Of a stretch of DNA of 19,829 bases, positions 8,890 to 17,125 are shown in pieces. The position numbers were made by a program, and so were the translations under genes. Source of the stretch: Candidatus Altiarchaeota archaeon. Lineage in GTDB: Archaea; Altiarchaeota; Altiarchaeia; IMC4; QMZM01. A model generated the notes under the pieces. The model searched no databases, was not told where the DNA came from, and worked only from the letters and a program-made list of their open reading frames with translations. Positions within the stretch are counted from its first letter, which is position 1. Each line of letters starts with the position of its first letter. Where the stretch lies: contig JAFGDV010000032.1 of the NCBI GenBank assembly GCA_016931955.1, positions 1-19,829 on the forward strand, in the 5' to 3' direction.

Positions 8890-8931
8890 ATGTTTACATT
8901 TATATACATAAAAAGCTAACATGTTAACATG
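8890..8931 (+). promoter_or_regulatory. Probable vapBC promoter (TTTATATA 8899-8906) flanked by ATGTT(T/A)ACAT candidate operator sites
   Basis: TATA box ends 22 nt before the ATG at 8929, consistent with a leaderless mRNA. ATGTTTACAT at 8890-8899 and ATGTTAACAT at 8921-8930. Confidence 0.55.
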
Positions 8932-9183
8932 AGCTACATTACCGTTAGAGTAGACAAAAAACTAAAGGAGGAAATAGAAAAATTCCAAGACATCAATTGG
9001 TCTGAGGTGGTCAGGCAGTCTATAAAGGAGAGAATAGAGCACGAAAAAACCAGGCAAAGAAAGAGAACCCTAGACGTTAAGAGAATCAAAAAGGCTGTTA
9101 AAGCCCAAGACGAGTTAAGCGATAAAACCTCCGGCAGATGGTCCGGCACAGAAGAGATAAGAAAGTGGAGGAACCTGCTTTAA
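8929..9183 (+). CDS. vapB: Antitoxin, ribbon-helix-helix VapB type
   Basis: ITVRVDKKLKEEI...INWSEVVRQSI RHH pattern; C-terminal GTEEIRKWR; directly upstream of a PIN toxin. Confidence 0.82.
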   Translation: MSYITVRVDKKLKEEIEKFQDINWSEVVRQSIKERIEHEKTRQRKRTLDVKRIKKAVKAQDELSDKTSGRWSGTEEIRKWRNLL

Positions 9184-9608
9184 TGCAAGATATGAGACTA
9201 ATCTGCATCGACGCCTCAGTAGGGGTAAAATGGTATAACCAGAAAGAACAACACTCTGAATACGCTCTGAAGATCAGAGACTCTTACGCAAGAAGGGAGA
9301 TAGAGATCATTGTTCCGGATTTATTCTTCTACGAAATCATAAACGCCCTCAGATACAATCCAGAATTCGGTCAGAGGGATGTGAAAAAAGCCGCACATGA
9401 GCTGCTAGAGATGCAGCTAATAGTCGGTAAAGACTACGGATTCCTTGAATCGGCTGCGGATATTGCCTTCTCCTACGGACTAACAATATATGATTCAAGC
9501 TATATCGCCTTAGCGCAGGAAAAAGAATGCGAACTCTACACATCAGACCAGAAAACACTATCCAAAGTAGACCTAGGATTCGTAAAACACGTCAAAGAAT
9601 TCATCTAA
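9183..9608 (+). CDS. vapC: PIN-domain toxin VapC (141 aa)
   Basis: IDASVGVKW, YEIINAL, TIYDSSYIALA, LYTSD. Start at the TAATG overlap (9183) or at 9192 rather than 9138. Confidence 0.9.
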   Translation: MQDMRLICIDASVGVKWYNQKEQHSEYALKIRDSYARREIEIIVPDLFFYEIINALRYNPEFGQRDVKKAAHELLEMQLIVGKDYGFLESAADIAFSYGLTIYDSSYIALAQEKECELYTSDQKTLSKVDLGFVKHVKEFI

Positions 9609-9631
9609 CACAAACCATACAATGCCCTAGC

Positions 9632-10057
9632 TCAGAGCTGCTCTTCCACCATCCTGAGTAAGTCTCTTAGAGGTATCCTGTATTTCTTAGCGATCCGTTG
9701 GAGGTCGCTGTATTCCGCCTTAGAGCCAAATTCGGATTTTTTTACATGGATTTTTTCCTTTCTGCCCTGAATCTCCACTTCGACTTCCTCTGTTTTGCGG
9801 TCAGCCTCGAAGCGCTCCACTTCCAGAAAACGGACTCCGAGGGTGCCGGTCTCCTCCATCAGTATTCTAGAAAATTTTTCAGGCTCATTGGTTAAGACAC
9901 GGATCAGATAGCCCAGACGACCCTTCTTCATCAGAACCTGAAGGACGTGAATGTCTAATGCACCCTCGTCCATGACATGCTCCATCAGATAAGACAATAC
10001 TTCCGGCGAACAATCATCCACGTTGGTCTCCAACAGATAGATCTTCTTAGACTTCAT
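9632..10057 (-). CDS. larC: Nickel-insertion protein LarC, C-terminal (LarC2-like) domain only
   Basis: LLETNVDD.SPE, GALD, MKKGR.G, ETGTLGVR, KAEYSD. Only 141 aa, with no His-rich N-terminal part. Confidence 0.85.
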   Translation of the reverse strand: MKSKKIYLLETNVDDCSPEVLSYLMEHVMDEGALDIHVLQVLMKKGRLGYLIRVLTNEPEKFSRILMEETGTLGVRFLEVERFEADRKTEEVEVEIQGRKEKIHVKKSEFGSKAEYSDLQRIAKKYRIPLRDLLRMVEEQL

Positions 10058-10712
10058 TTTTTGAAGATAAAATTTTATAGGCTAAGACTGCGGCTCCATA
10101 GCCGTTGTCTATGTTCACCACAGCCAAGGGAGAACAGGAATTCAACATCGTATAGAGCGCGGCCTTGCCGCCTTCACCGACGCCGTAGCCGATGGATGAT
10201 GGAACGGCTATAACTGGGGCATGGACCAAGCCAGCGACAACTGAGGGAAGAGCCCCCTCCATGCCCGCCACCACGATGAATACTGAAACATTCTTCAGAT
10301 TCTCTAAGGCAGAGAAGACACGATATATCCCTGATATTCCGACATCGTATTCTCGGACGACTACACAGCCCAGTTCCTCTGCTATAGCAGCCGCCTCCTC
10401 AGCTACTGGAATATCGGAGGTCCCGGCAGTTAACAATCCTACTCTGCCAACAGGCTCTACCGCGAAGTTTTTCTTCTTCACCACCAAGACGTTGCCTGTT
10501 TTGTTGTGGATTATATCGAATTTTTTCTCATCTATTGAAGAGATCACCTTCTCAGCCTTCTCTGGCGACACGCGAGTCAAAACAGCCCTCCCCAAGTCCG
10601 TCAGGAATTCATCCACTATGGAGGTTAATTCCTCGGCGGATTTACCTTCCCCGAAGACAACTTCCGGAACACCGCAGCGTTCCATGCGGGATCTATCATG
10701 CTTTACGTTCAT
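10047..10712 (-). CDS. larB: Nickel-pincer cofactor biosynthesis protein LarB (PurE-like)
   Basis: PEVVFGEGK, AGTSDIPVAEEA, DVGISGIYR, VAGMEGALPSVV, VPSSIGYG, MLNSC, VVNIDNGYGAA. Confidence 0.93.
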   Translation of the reverse strand: MNVKHDRSRMERCGVPEVVFGEGKSAEELTSIVDEFLTDLGRAVLTRVSPEKAEKVISSIDEKKFDIIHNKTGNVLVVKKKNFAVEPVGRVGLLTAGTSDIPVAEEAAAIAEELGCVVVREYDVGISGIYRVFSALENLKNVSVFIVVAGMEGALPSVVAGLVHAPVIAVPSSIGYGVGEGGKAALYTMLNSCSPLAVVNIDNGYGAAVLAYKILSSKNEV

Positions 10713-11382
10713 TTTCCAAAACTCCTAAAATCCAATTTAGTTCATCAAAGGTAAGCTGACCTGGAGCAGAAGCTTTTCCTTTATCAACTGAAGCGTATGT
10801 GAGGTATGAGCCGAGTAATGGGGCAAGGATGCGAGATATTCTACCAAAATGACCCATAGAGACAACTATCACAGGAATTAGAAATGAGGGATCTTCTTTC
10901 ACATCTGTGAGTACCTCCATCAACGTCAGCACTTCTCTGTAGTTTTTTGCTGTGAATGCCACCTTTGCTATATCCGCTTCAGCCGCAACCTCTTTGTTCA
11001 ATGTTTTGATTATTTCCTTCCTCGGCGGCGTGGCTTTGAAGTCGTGATATGCCACAATTACTCCCACATCCCTTTTCTTGGCCGCCTCTACAAGAGAATC
11101 CCTCAGCTTAGGATCTGTATTCAATTCCACTGTGACAAAATCCGCGAAATCAAGTGATTTAGAGAGGATGCTGACCCTCTCATCTTCAGGTCCTGTGAAC
11201 TCACCGCCCTCCCAGGAGGGCATACAGGATATAATCTTTCTCTTCCCTATTTTACTCAATGCTTCGAGGTCGGAGAAATCACTCAAATAGTCAAGCCTCA
11301 ACTCGATAATCTCTGACGGTGCTAGGTTGGCTTTTTCGACCATGGAATCTACTGAGGATTCAATCAAAGAGACACAGATCAT
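10696..11382 (-). CDS. aroD: Type I 3-dehydroquinate dehydratase
   Basis: MICVSL, IELRLDYL, EGG, YHDF..TP (catalytic His), DIAKVA (Schiff-base Lys), SMG...SR, SAPGQ. Start at 11382 (alternative 11397); the longer ORF overlaps minD. Confidence 0.93.
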   Translation of the reverse strand: MICVSLIESSVDSMVEKANLAPSEIIELRLDYLSDFSDLEALSKIGKRKIISCMPSWEGGEFTGPEDERVSILSKSLDFADFVTVELNTDPKLRDSLVEAAKKRDVGVIVAYHDFKATPPRKEIIKTLNKEVAAEADIAKVAFTAKNYREVLTLMEVLTDVKEDPSFLIPVIVVSMGHFGRISRILAPLLGSYLTYASVDKGKASAPGQLTFDELNWILGVLENERKA

Positions 11383-11431
11383 CTCATGAAAAACCATAGC
11401 ATTTATATTTATAAATAGTGATTTATTACAT

Positions 11432-12187
11432 ATGACAAGAATAATTGGCATACTATCCGGGAAAGGCGGCGTGGGAAAGACTACACTGGTTTCTAATCTT
11501 GGTGTTACACTGGCGCAAGCTGGAAGGAAGGTGGGGATAATAGATGCGAACCTCTCTGGAGCCAACCTCGGGCTACACTTTGGACTGATATCCTACCCAA
11601 CATCAGTGCATGATGTCATGAGAGGGAACACGGCGTTAACAGATGCTATGTACAAGCATCCTTCCGGGGTTGACATAGTGCCCGCTTCTTTGTCCATTGA
11701 AGACCTCGACGTAGAGCCGACGAACATAAGACAACAGATCCTGGAACACATGAGCGACAAAGACTATGTGCTCATAGACTGCGCTACTGGATTGGACAGG
11801 GAAACAATGAAGGCCATGGAAATGGTAGACGACGTAATCCTCGTAACGCACCCAGAGCTTCCTACAATATCCGACGCACTGAGGACGAAGACTATAGCGA
11901 AAAAATACGACAAAAACATTCTCGGAATAGTCCTGAACCGGGTGAACAGAAGCGACGAACTTAAGAAGGAGAACATTTCAGCCTTCTTCGATCTGCCAGT
12001 GATAGGGGTGATCCCAGAAGACCACTTTATAAGGAAGTCAATAGAAGCGAAGAATCCGATAACCTTGGAATACCCTAAACACAAGATAAGCCATGAAATC
12101 AAGAGCATATCGCATTACCTGATGGGTAAGGAATACAGACACCAGCAGAGCCTCGTCGACAAGATCAAGTCATTCTTCAGGAAATAG
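11432..12187 (+). CDS. minD: MinD-family ATPase
   Basis: SGKGGVGKTT deviant Walker A, IDAN...NLG, LIDC..G, C-terminal amphipathic LVDKIKSFFRK. Confidence 0.9.
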   Translation: MTRIIGILSGKGGVGKTTLVSNLGVTLAQAGRKVGIIDANLSGANLGLHFGLISYPTSVHDVMRGNTALTDAMYKHPSGVDIVPASLSIEDLDVEPTNIRQQILEHMSDKDYVLIDCATGLDRETMKAMEMVDDVILVTHPELPTISDALRTKTIAKKYDKNILGIVLNRVNRSDELKKENISAFFDLPVIGVIPEDHFIRKSIEAKNPITLEYPKHKISHEIKSISHYLMGKEYRHQQSLVDKIKSFFRK

Positions 12188-12189
12188 GT

Positions 12190-12579
12190 ATGCGTTTACT
12201 GAATAAGGCAAAAAAAGAAGTTATCGGCGAAAACGCTGAGACTGCTTGTTCTTTCTTATCTCGGACTAGAGGATTGATGCTCTCCAAGCCCAGAGACTTG
12301 GTTCTAGTATCCCCAAGAGAGGATATTGCATCATCGACCATACACATGCTCTTCATGCTCTATCCGATAGATGTAATCTGGTTGGACTCCGAGAAAAAGG
12401 TGGTTGACTTACAGAGGAATGTGAAACCCTTCAATCCATTGAAGCCGAAAACCTGGAGAACCTATAAGCCAAAGAAGCCGGCAAAATACGTAATCGAATT
12501 GGGAGCAGGCGTGATGGGAGAAACAGAGGTCGGTGATGAAATAAGTCTATATACCGACTCCCCCGAAGCGCTTCATTAA
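12190..12579 (+). CDS. DUF192 (UPF0127) family protein
   Basis: RTRGLM, IHMLFMLYPIDVIWLD, AKYVIEL.AG. Confidence 0.88.
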   Translation: MRLLNKAKKEVIGENAETACSFLSRTRGLMLSKPRDLVLVSPREDIASSTIHMLFMLYPIDVIWLDSEKKVVDLQRNVKPFNPLKPKTWRTYKPKKPAKYVIELGAGVMGETEVGDEISLYTDSPEALH

Positions 12580-13863
12580 CTTCTTCAGCTTTCTTTCGTC
12601 TCCAAAGGACTTCATCATCTTCTTCATCTTCTTGTAGTGATTCAGAAGCTCTCGGACCTCCTCCGTTTTCTTACCTGAACCATGAGCTATCCTCTCCACC
12701 CTCGACCTCTTAATTAATTCAGGATTCTGCATCTCCTCCTCGGTCATGGAATCCATTATAATCCTGAAGGTCTGCAGCTTCTCCTCCTGCAAATCCATCA
12801 TGTCCCTGGGAATCTTGGAGCCGAACGGGAGCATCTCCATCAGCTTCGATAGAGAACCCATCTTCTTCATCTGCTCAATCTGCTGGTATAGGTCTTCCAG
12901 TGTGAACTTTCCGGAAACAAGCCTCTCCGCTGATTCCTCGTCGAATTCAACCTCCTTAGCCTTCTCCAACAAACCCTGAAGGTCTCCGAAACCGATAAGC
13001 CGGGAAACAAAGCGTTCCGGATCGAACTCCTCAAAATCGTCCGCGTGCTCCCCCACACCCATAAAGTAGACCGGTGCACCGGTCGTGGCACAGGCGGATA
13101 ACGCACCTCCGCCCTTGGCGGAACCATCCAATTTAGTGAGGATGACTCCGTCGACGTTGCATGCCTTCTTGAAAGCGGCTGCTTGCTCCCCAGCGCGTTG
13201 ACCAATCGTCGAATCCAGGACAAGGAGGGTTTTCTCCGGCTTTACTTCAGTATAGATCCGGTTTATGTCCCTCATCAGCTCATCATCCAAGCTGTGTCTC
13301 CCCTCAGAGTCTATTATCGTAAGACCCTTCCCCCTGAACTTCTCGAAGCCTTCTCCTATAATCTTCAAAGCGTCCTTCTCGCCAGGGCTACCATAGAAGG
13401 GTATGTGTATTTCATCGGAAAGCTGCTTCAGCTGCTCGTAGGCTGCGGGTCGGAAGGTGTCGGCGCATATTAGTCTTGAGTTGAAACCCTTCTTCTTCAA
13501 GTAGTTCGCAAGCTTAGCAGCAGTCGTGGTCTTACCAGAACCCTGGGTTCCCACCAAGAGGATCCGCTCGCCTTCCTGAATAGGCAGCTTCTCTCCCCTG
13601 CCCAGAAGTCCCACCAACTCCTCATACGTTATCTTTATGAGGTTTTCGCTCTTATCCAGAACCCCTGGAGGCTTCTCCAAGAAACCCCTCTCCTCGATAT
13701 TCTTCGACAACTTGAAAACCAGCTCCACGTTAACGTCGGCTGATAGAAGGGTCTTCTGTATCTCCTTAATGTATTCCCTGACGGTTTTTTTGTCGACTAC
13801 GACCGCCTTTCTAAGGGTTGTTATCGCAGCCTGTAAGCCATCTTTAAGCTTATCGAAGACCAT
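12547..13863 (-). CDS. srp54: Signal recognition particle protein SRP54
   Basis: Start MVFDKLK at 13863. LLSADVN, G.QGSGKTTT, DTFRPAA, TKLDGSAKGGGALS, M domain IMDSMT.EE and SRVERIAHGSG with Met-rich tail. Confidence 0.96.
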   Translation of the reverse strand: MVFDKLKDGLQAAITTLRKAVVVDKKTVREYIKEIQKTLLSADVNVELVFKLSKNIEERGFLEKPPGVLDKSENLIKITYEELVGLLGRGEKLPIQEGERILLVGTQGSGKTTTAAKLANYLKKKGFNSRLICADTFRPAAYEQLKQLSDEIHIPFYGSPGEKDALKIIGEGFEKFRGKGLTIIDSEGRHSLDDELMRDINRIYTEVKPEKTLLVLDSTIGQRAGEQAAAFKKACNVDGVILTKLDGSAKGGGALSACATTGAPVYFMGVGEHADDFEEFDPERFVSRLIGFGDLQGLLEKAKEVEFDEESAERLVSGKFTLEDLYQQIEQMKKMGSLSKLMEMLPFGSKIPRDMMDLQEEKLQTFRIIMDSMTEEEMQNPELIKRSRVERIAHGSGKKTEEVRELLNHYKKMKKMMKSFGDERKLKKLMKRFGGVGI

Positions 13864-13921
13864 TTTCTGAGAGAAGGGTACACAGATATATTGTAGACAT
13901 ACTAATAAATAATTCAGGAAA

Positions 13922-15184
13922 ATGAATCCCATACACATAACACTCGTTTACCTGCTATGGATCATCATAACGTTCTTTTTCATGGTGATCTTCCTCACAC
14001 TGTTAAAGAACAGGAAAAGCATATACGAGGAGCCCAAGCCCTCAAATGAACAGCCTACTGTGAGCGTGGTCGTCCCAGCATACAATGAAGAGGGAACGAT
14101 CAGGGAGGCGATCGAATCCCTGACAGCAGTAGACTACCCAAAGGACCTGTATGAGATCATCGTCGTGAACGACGGCTCAACCGACAGGACGGCTGAAATA
14201 GTAAGCGAATACGAAAAAAAACACAACATAGTCTTCATAAACAACAAAGAAAATAGTGGAAAGGCAAGGGCGCTGAACATGGGCATAGGAAAAGCCAAAG
14301 GCGAACTGGTTGCTTGCCTGGATGCTGACACAACAATAAAGCCCGACACGATAAGGAAGGCAATAAAGCACTTTAACGGCGACCGAATCGGGGCAGTGAT
14401 CATTCGAGTGAGCGTCAAGGAGCCGAAAAACTGGCTTGAGAAGATAATAGCCGTAGAATACAACATGGGTTTAGGCTTCTATCTGAAGATATACTCGTTC
14501 CTAAACTGCCTCTATCTGACGCCTGGACAATGCAGCGTGTACAGGAGAAACATGCTGCTAGAGATCGGGGGATTCGACGAGAAAAGCATCGTAGAAGACA
14601 TGGAAATAGCCTACAGGATACAGAAAGCCCACTACAAGATCAAATGCTGCCTGTCCGCGGAAGCCCACACAAAGGTCCCAGACAATGTAAGATCCCTCTA
14701 CCATCAGAGGAAGAGGTGGTATTCTGGCTCCATAATGACGATCATACAACACAGGGACGTGTTCTTCGACCGCGACCTGGGTAATTTCGGGTTATTTTAT
14801 GTGCCAGTAAACTACGCCGGCATAATCATAGGCTTGCTGTTGTTCCTGTCAACGATCCATCTAATGGCCTCACTGATACTGCAAAACATCACCTGCCTAT
14901 CCTTGGTAGACTACGACATCTATGGCGTAGTTCAAGGATCCATCGAGAACCTTCGTATCGATCCACTATCGATAAACATCTTCTATATCTTATGCTCGAC
15001 TCCATTCATAATGAACTCCCTCATGAACTACGCGGGTTTTAAGGTTCTCGGGAAAAGGGTAAGGGAAAACCTGTTCGGGTTCGTTTGCTTCCTGTTCTTC
15101 TTCCTACCCTACCACATATTCTGGCTTATGTGCTTCTACTTCGTCATCTTCAAGAAGGAGGTAAAATGGAGAGAGTCGATGTGA
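13922..15184 (+). CDS. Processive-type membrane GT2 glycosyltransferase (PgaC/IcaA/NodC/HAS-like), paralog A
   Basis: N-terminal TM; VPAYNEE, NDGSTD, GKARALN, DADT, LTPG, VED, QRKRW; C-terminal TMs ending EVKW. Confidence 0.92.
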   Translation: MNPIHITLVYLLWIIITFFFMVIFLTLLKNRKSIYEEPKPSNEQPTVSVVVPAYNEEGTIREAIESLTAVDYPKDLYEIIVVNDGSTDRTAEIVSEYEKKHNIVFINNKENSGKARALNMGIGKAKGELVACLDADTTIKPDTIRKAIKHFNGDRIGAVIIRVSVKEPKNWLEKIIAVEYNMGLGFYLKIYSFLNCLYLTPGQCSVYRRNMLLEIGGFDEKSIVEDMEIAYRIQKAHYKIKCCLSAEAHTKVPDNVRSLYHQRKRWYSGSIMTIIQHRDVFFDRDLGNFGLFYVPVNYAGIIIGLLLFLSTIHLMASLILQNITCLSLVDYDIYGVVQGSIENLRIDPLSINIFYILCSTPFIMNSLMNYAGFKVLGKRVRENLFGFVCFLFFFLPYHIFWLMCFYFVIFKKEVKWRESM

Positions 15185-15852
15185 AAACAATGCTGCTGGC
15201 AGCGCTATTCACCGTAATCCTGTTCCTGGGAGTCTACGGCCTAAGCACATTCATAGGGGAGAGAAGAGAACAAGTAGTGACTGAGAAGATGAACGAGATC
15301 ATCGAAGACTTTGAGGAAATAGAGACAACGGTTCGCCTGATAGAATTACTGAGCGAAAAAAACAACACATGCAATATCCTGACGCAGGAGCTGGAATACC
15401 TGGAATCAAAGCTATGGAAATTAGACGGCAGGATAACAGAATACAGGGAGATAACAAAGGACTTCGCAAGCGACGAATTCTATATAAGAGAAAAAAAGAG
15501 GTTGAATAGGAGGGAGATAATATACATGGCGATGCTCGAAAAAGTGAAGAAGATGTGCGACTACGAGCAGATGCTGATACTCTACTTCTACGGGGAATGC
15601 GAGAAAAACAGGGAATGCGATGAACAAGGCTTCGTCTTAAGTTACATAAACCAGAGGGCGGACCCGGAGATAGCAATACTGAGCTTTGATGCAGACCGCA
15701 ATGTCCAGTCGGTTAACTCCCTCATCAGTCTATACAACATAACCGAGTACCCCTGCGTTGTCGTGGACGAGCACACACACTGCGGCCTACACGACAAAGG
15801 GGATATGGAGGAAATACTATGCATGTACAGTAATCTGTCAATATGCACATAA
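15166..15852 (+). CDS. Membrane-anchored Cys-rich protein: TM, helical region and thioredoxin-like C-terminal domain (accessory paralog 1, 228 aa)
   Basis: SD AAGGAGGT precedes ATG 15166. N-terminal TM; LYFYGECEKNREC, YNITEYPCVVVD; 8 Cys; sequons NNT, NIT, NLS. Confidence 0.8.
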   Translation: MERVDVKTMLLAALFTVILFLGVYGLSTFIGERREQVVTEKMNEIIEDFEEIETTVRLIELLSEKNNTCNILTQELEYLESKLWKLDGRITEYREITKDFASDEFYIREKKRLNRREIIYMAMLEKVKKMCDYEQMLILYFYGECEKNRECDEQGFVLSYINQRADPEIAILSFDADRNVQSVNSLISLYNITEYPCVVVDEHTHCGLHDKGDMEEILCMYSNLSICT

Positions 15853-15853
15853 A

Positions 15854-17125
15854 ATGATAGAAACAATCCTGTTCGTGTTTTTCATGGTAATGTCGGTATT
15901 GTATGCATCTTGGATAGTGCTGCTCCTCCTCCCTAGAAAAGAGACTGAGACCACATATACACCAAGCATGTCCGTGATCATCCCAGCGCACAACGAAGGA
16001 GGAAACATAGAAAGCACAATACGCTCCGTTCTGGAAGCAGAATACCCGAATGAGAGGGAAATCATTGTAGTAAATGACGGCTCAACCGACAACACAGATA
16101 ATATTGTGAGAAAAACCTCTGAGATAGATGAGAGGGTAAGGCTCTATACAGTAGAGCACGGCGGAAAAGCGAACGCAATAAATCAGGGAGTGAAGAAGTC
16201 GAAGAACGAATTGGTGGTTGTCTTAGACGCTGACTCACGGCTGGGAGAGGGTGCTCTGACAGAGATAAGCAGGCTGTTTTCTGACAAAGGCGTTGGCGCC
16301 GTCTCTGGAATAATAAGGGCCGCCGAAAACAACAATCCATTGACGTGGTTCCAGGACTTCGAATACGCGCTGTCTTCCGCTTGGAGATACATATGCAACA
16401 AGGTCGGAGGAACATACATACTCCCGGGCTTTGCGGCATTCAGGAGAGACGCCCTATTGAAGATCGGGGGCTTCAGTAGAGACACGTTATCAGAGGACTT
16501 CGAAATCGGTTTAAGGCTGAAGAAGGCAGGTTACAGTCTGTTGATGTCGAAGGCTGTGATGTACACGAAAGTCCCGCAGACCATAAAGGCGCTAGGAAGG
16601 CAGAGGATTAGATGGGGGTGTGGGACAGTACAGGTCATGAAGAAGCACTTCGACATACCGTTCAATGTAAAATACGGCGCAGTCGGCGTATATGGAATAC
16701 CTACGCAGATCTACTGGTTCATCCACGGACTGATATGCATCCCAATAACCCTGTACCAGATATTCGAAGGCTACCTAAGGTATTTCATAGCATACGACAA
16801 CTTCATATCCATGGATGTAGCAAGATACTTCTTCGGATGGTTCTCCGCGTATGGGATGGTAGAATACACCTATAGAACAATAACTGGGGAATACATAATG
16901 AGCATACTGTTCTTCCTGATCGTAGGATCCTTCTGCTTAAACATGATCTACATCATAGCCGCCATTATGAAGATGGCAGAATTCAGGCTAAGATACCTGT
17001 TCGTGGTATTCTTCTTCTTCCCATACTCACTGTTCATCCTTTCACTGTACGTCTTCCCCGCACTACAGGAGCTCTGCTCCAAGAGAGAAAACGTAAACAT
17101 ATGGGAGAAGACCATAGACGGTTAG
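15854..17125 (+). CDS. Processive-type membrane GT2 glycosyltransferase, paralog B (423 aa)
   Basis: Start MIETILF at 15854, 1 nt after the upstream stop. IPAHNE, NDGSTD, GKANAIN, DADS, QDFEY, ILPG, SED, QRIRW; C-terminal TMs and NIW. Confidence 0.92.
   Translation: MIETILFVFFMVMSVLYASWIVLLLLPRKETETTYTPSMSVIIPAHNEGGNIESTIRSVLEAEYPNEREIIVVNDGSTDNTDNIVRKTSEIDERVRLYTVEHGGKANAINQGVKKSKNELVVVLDADSRLGEGALTEISRLFSDKGVGAVSGIIRAAENNNPLTWFQDFEYALSSAWRYICNKVGGTYILPGFAAFRRDALLKIGGFSRDTLSEDFEIGLRLKKAGYSLLMSKAVMYTKVPQTIKALGRQRIRWGCGTVQVMKKHFDIPFNVKYGAVGVYGIPTQIYWFIHGLICIPITLYQIFEGYLRYFIAYDNFISMDVARYFFGWFSAYGMVEYTYRTITGEYIMSILFFLIVGSFCLNMIYIIAAIMKMAEFRLRYLFVVFFFFPYSLFILSLYVFPALQELCSKRENVNIWEKTIDG

Noticed and set aside
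10047-10065. A6 run at the larB/larC overlap as a possible programmed frameshift making a LarB-LarC fusion
   Set aside because: larC has its own ATG, fusion would need a +1 shift, and no stimulatory structure is apparent.
11398-11565. Long N-terminal extensions in the ORF track for aroD, and likewise for srp54, vapC, acc1, GT-B and the kinase
   Set aside because: They overlap neighbouring real genes; downstream ATGs match family N-termini and coupling patterns.
12547-12579. 33-bp convergent overlap of DUF192 and srp54 as antisense regulation
   Set aside because: Short tail-to-tail overlaps are ordinary in compact genomes, and nothing else supports a regulatory role.
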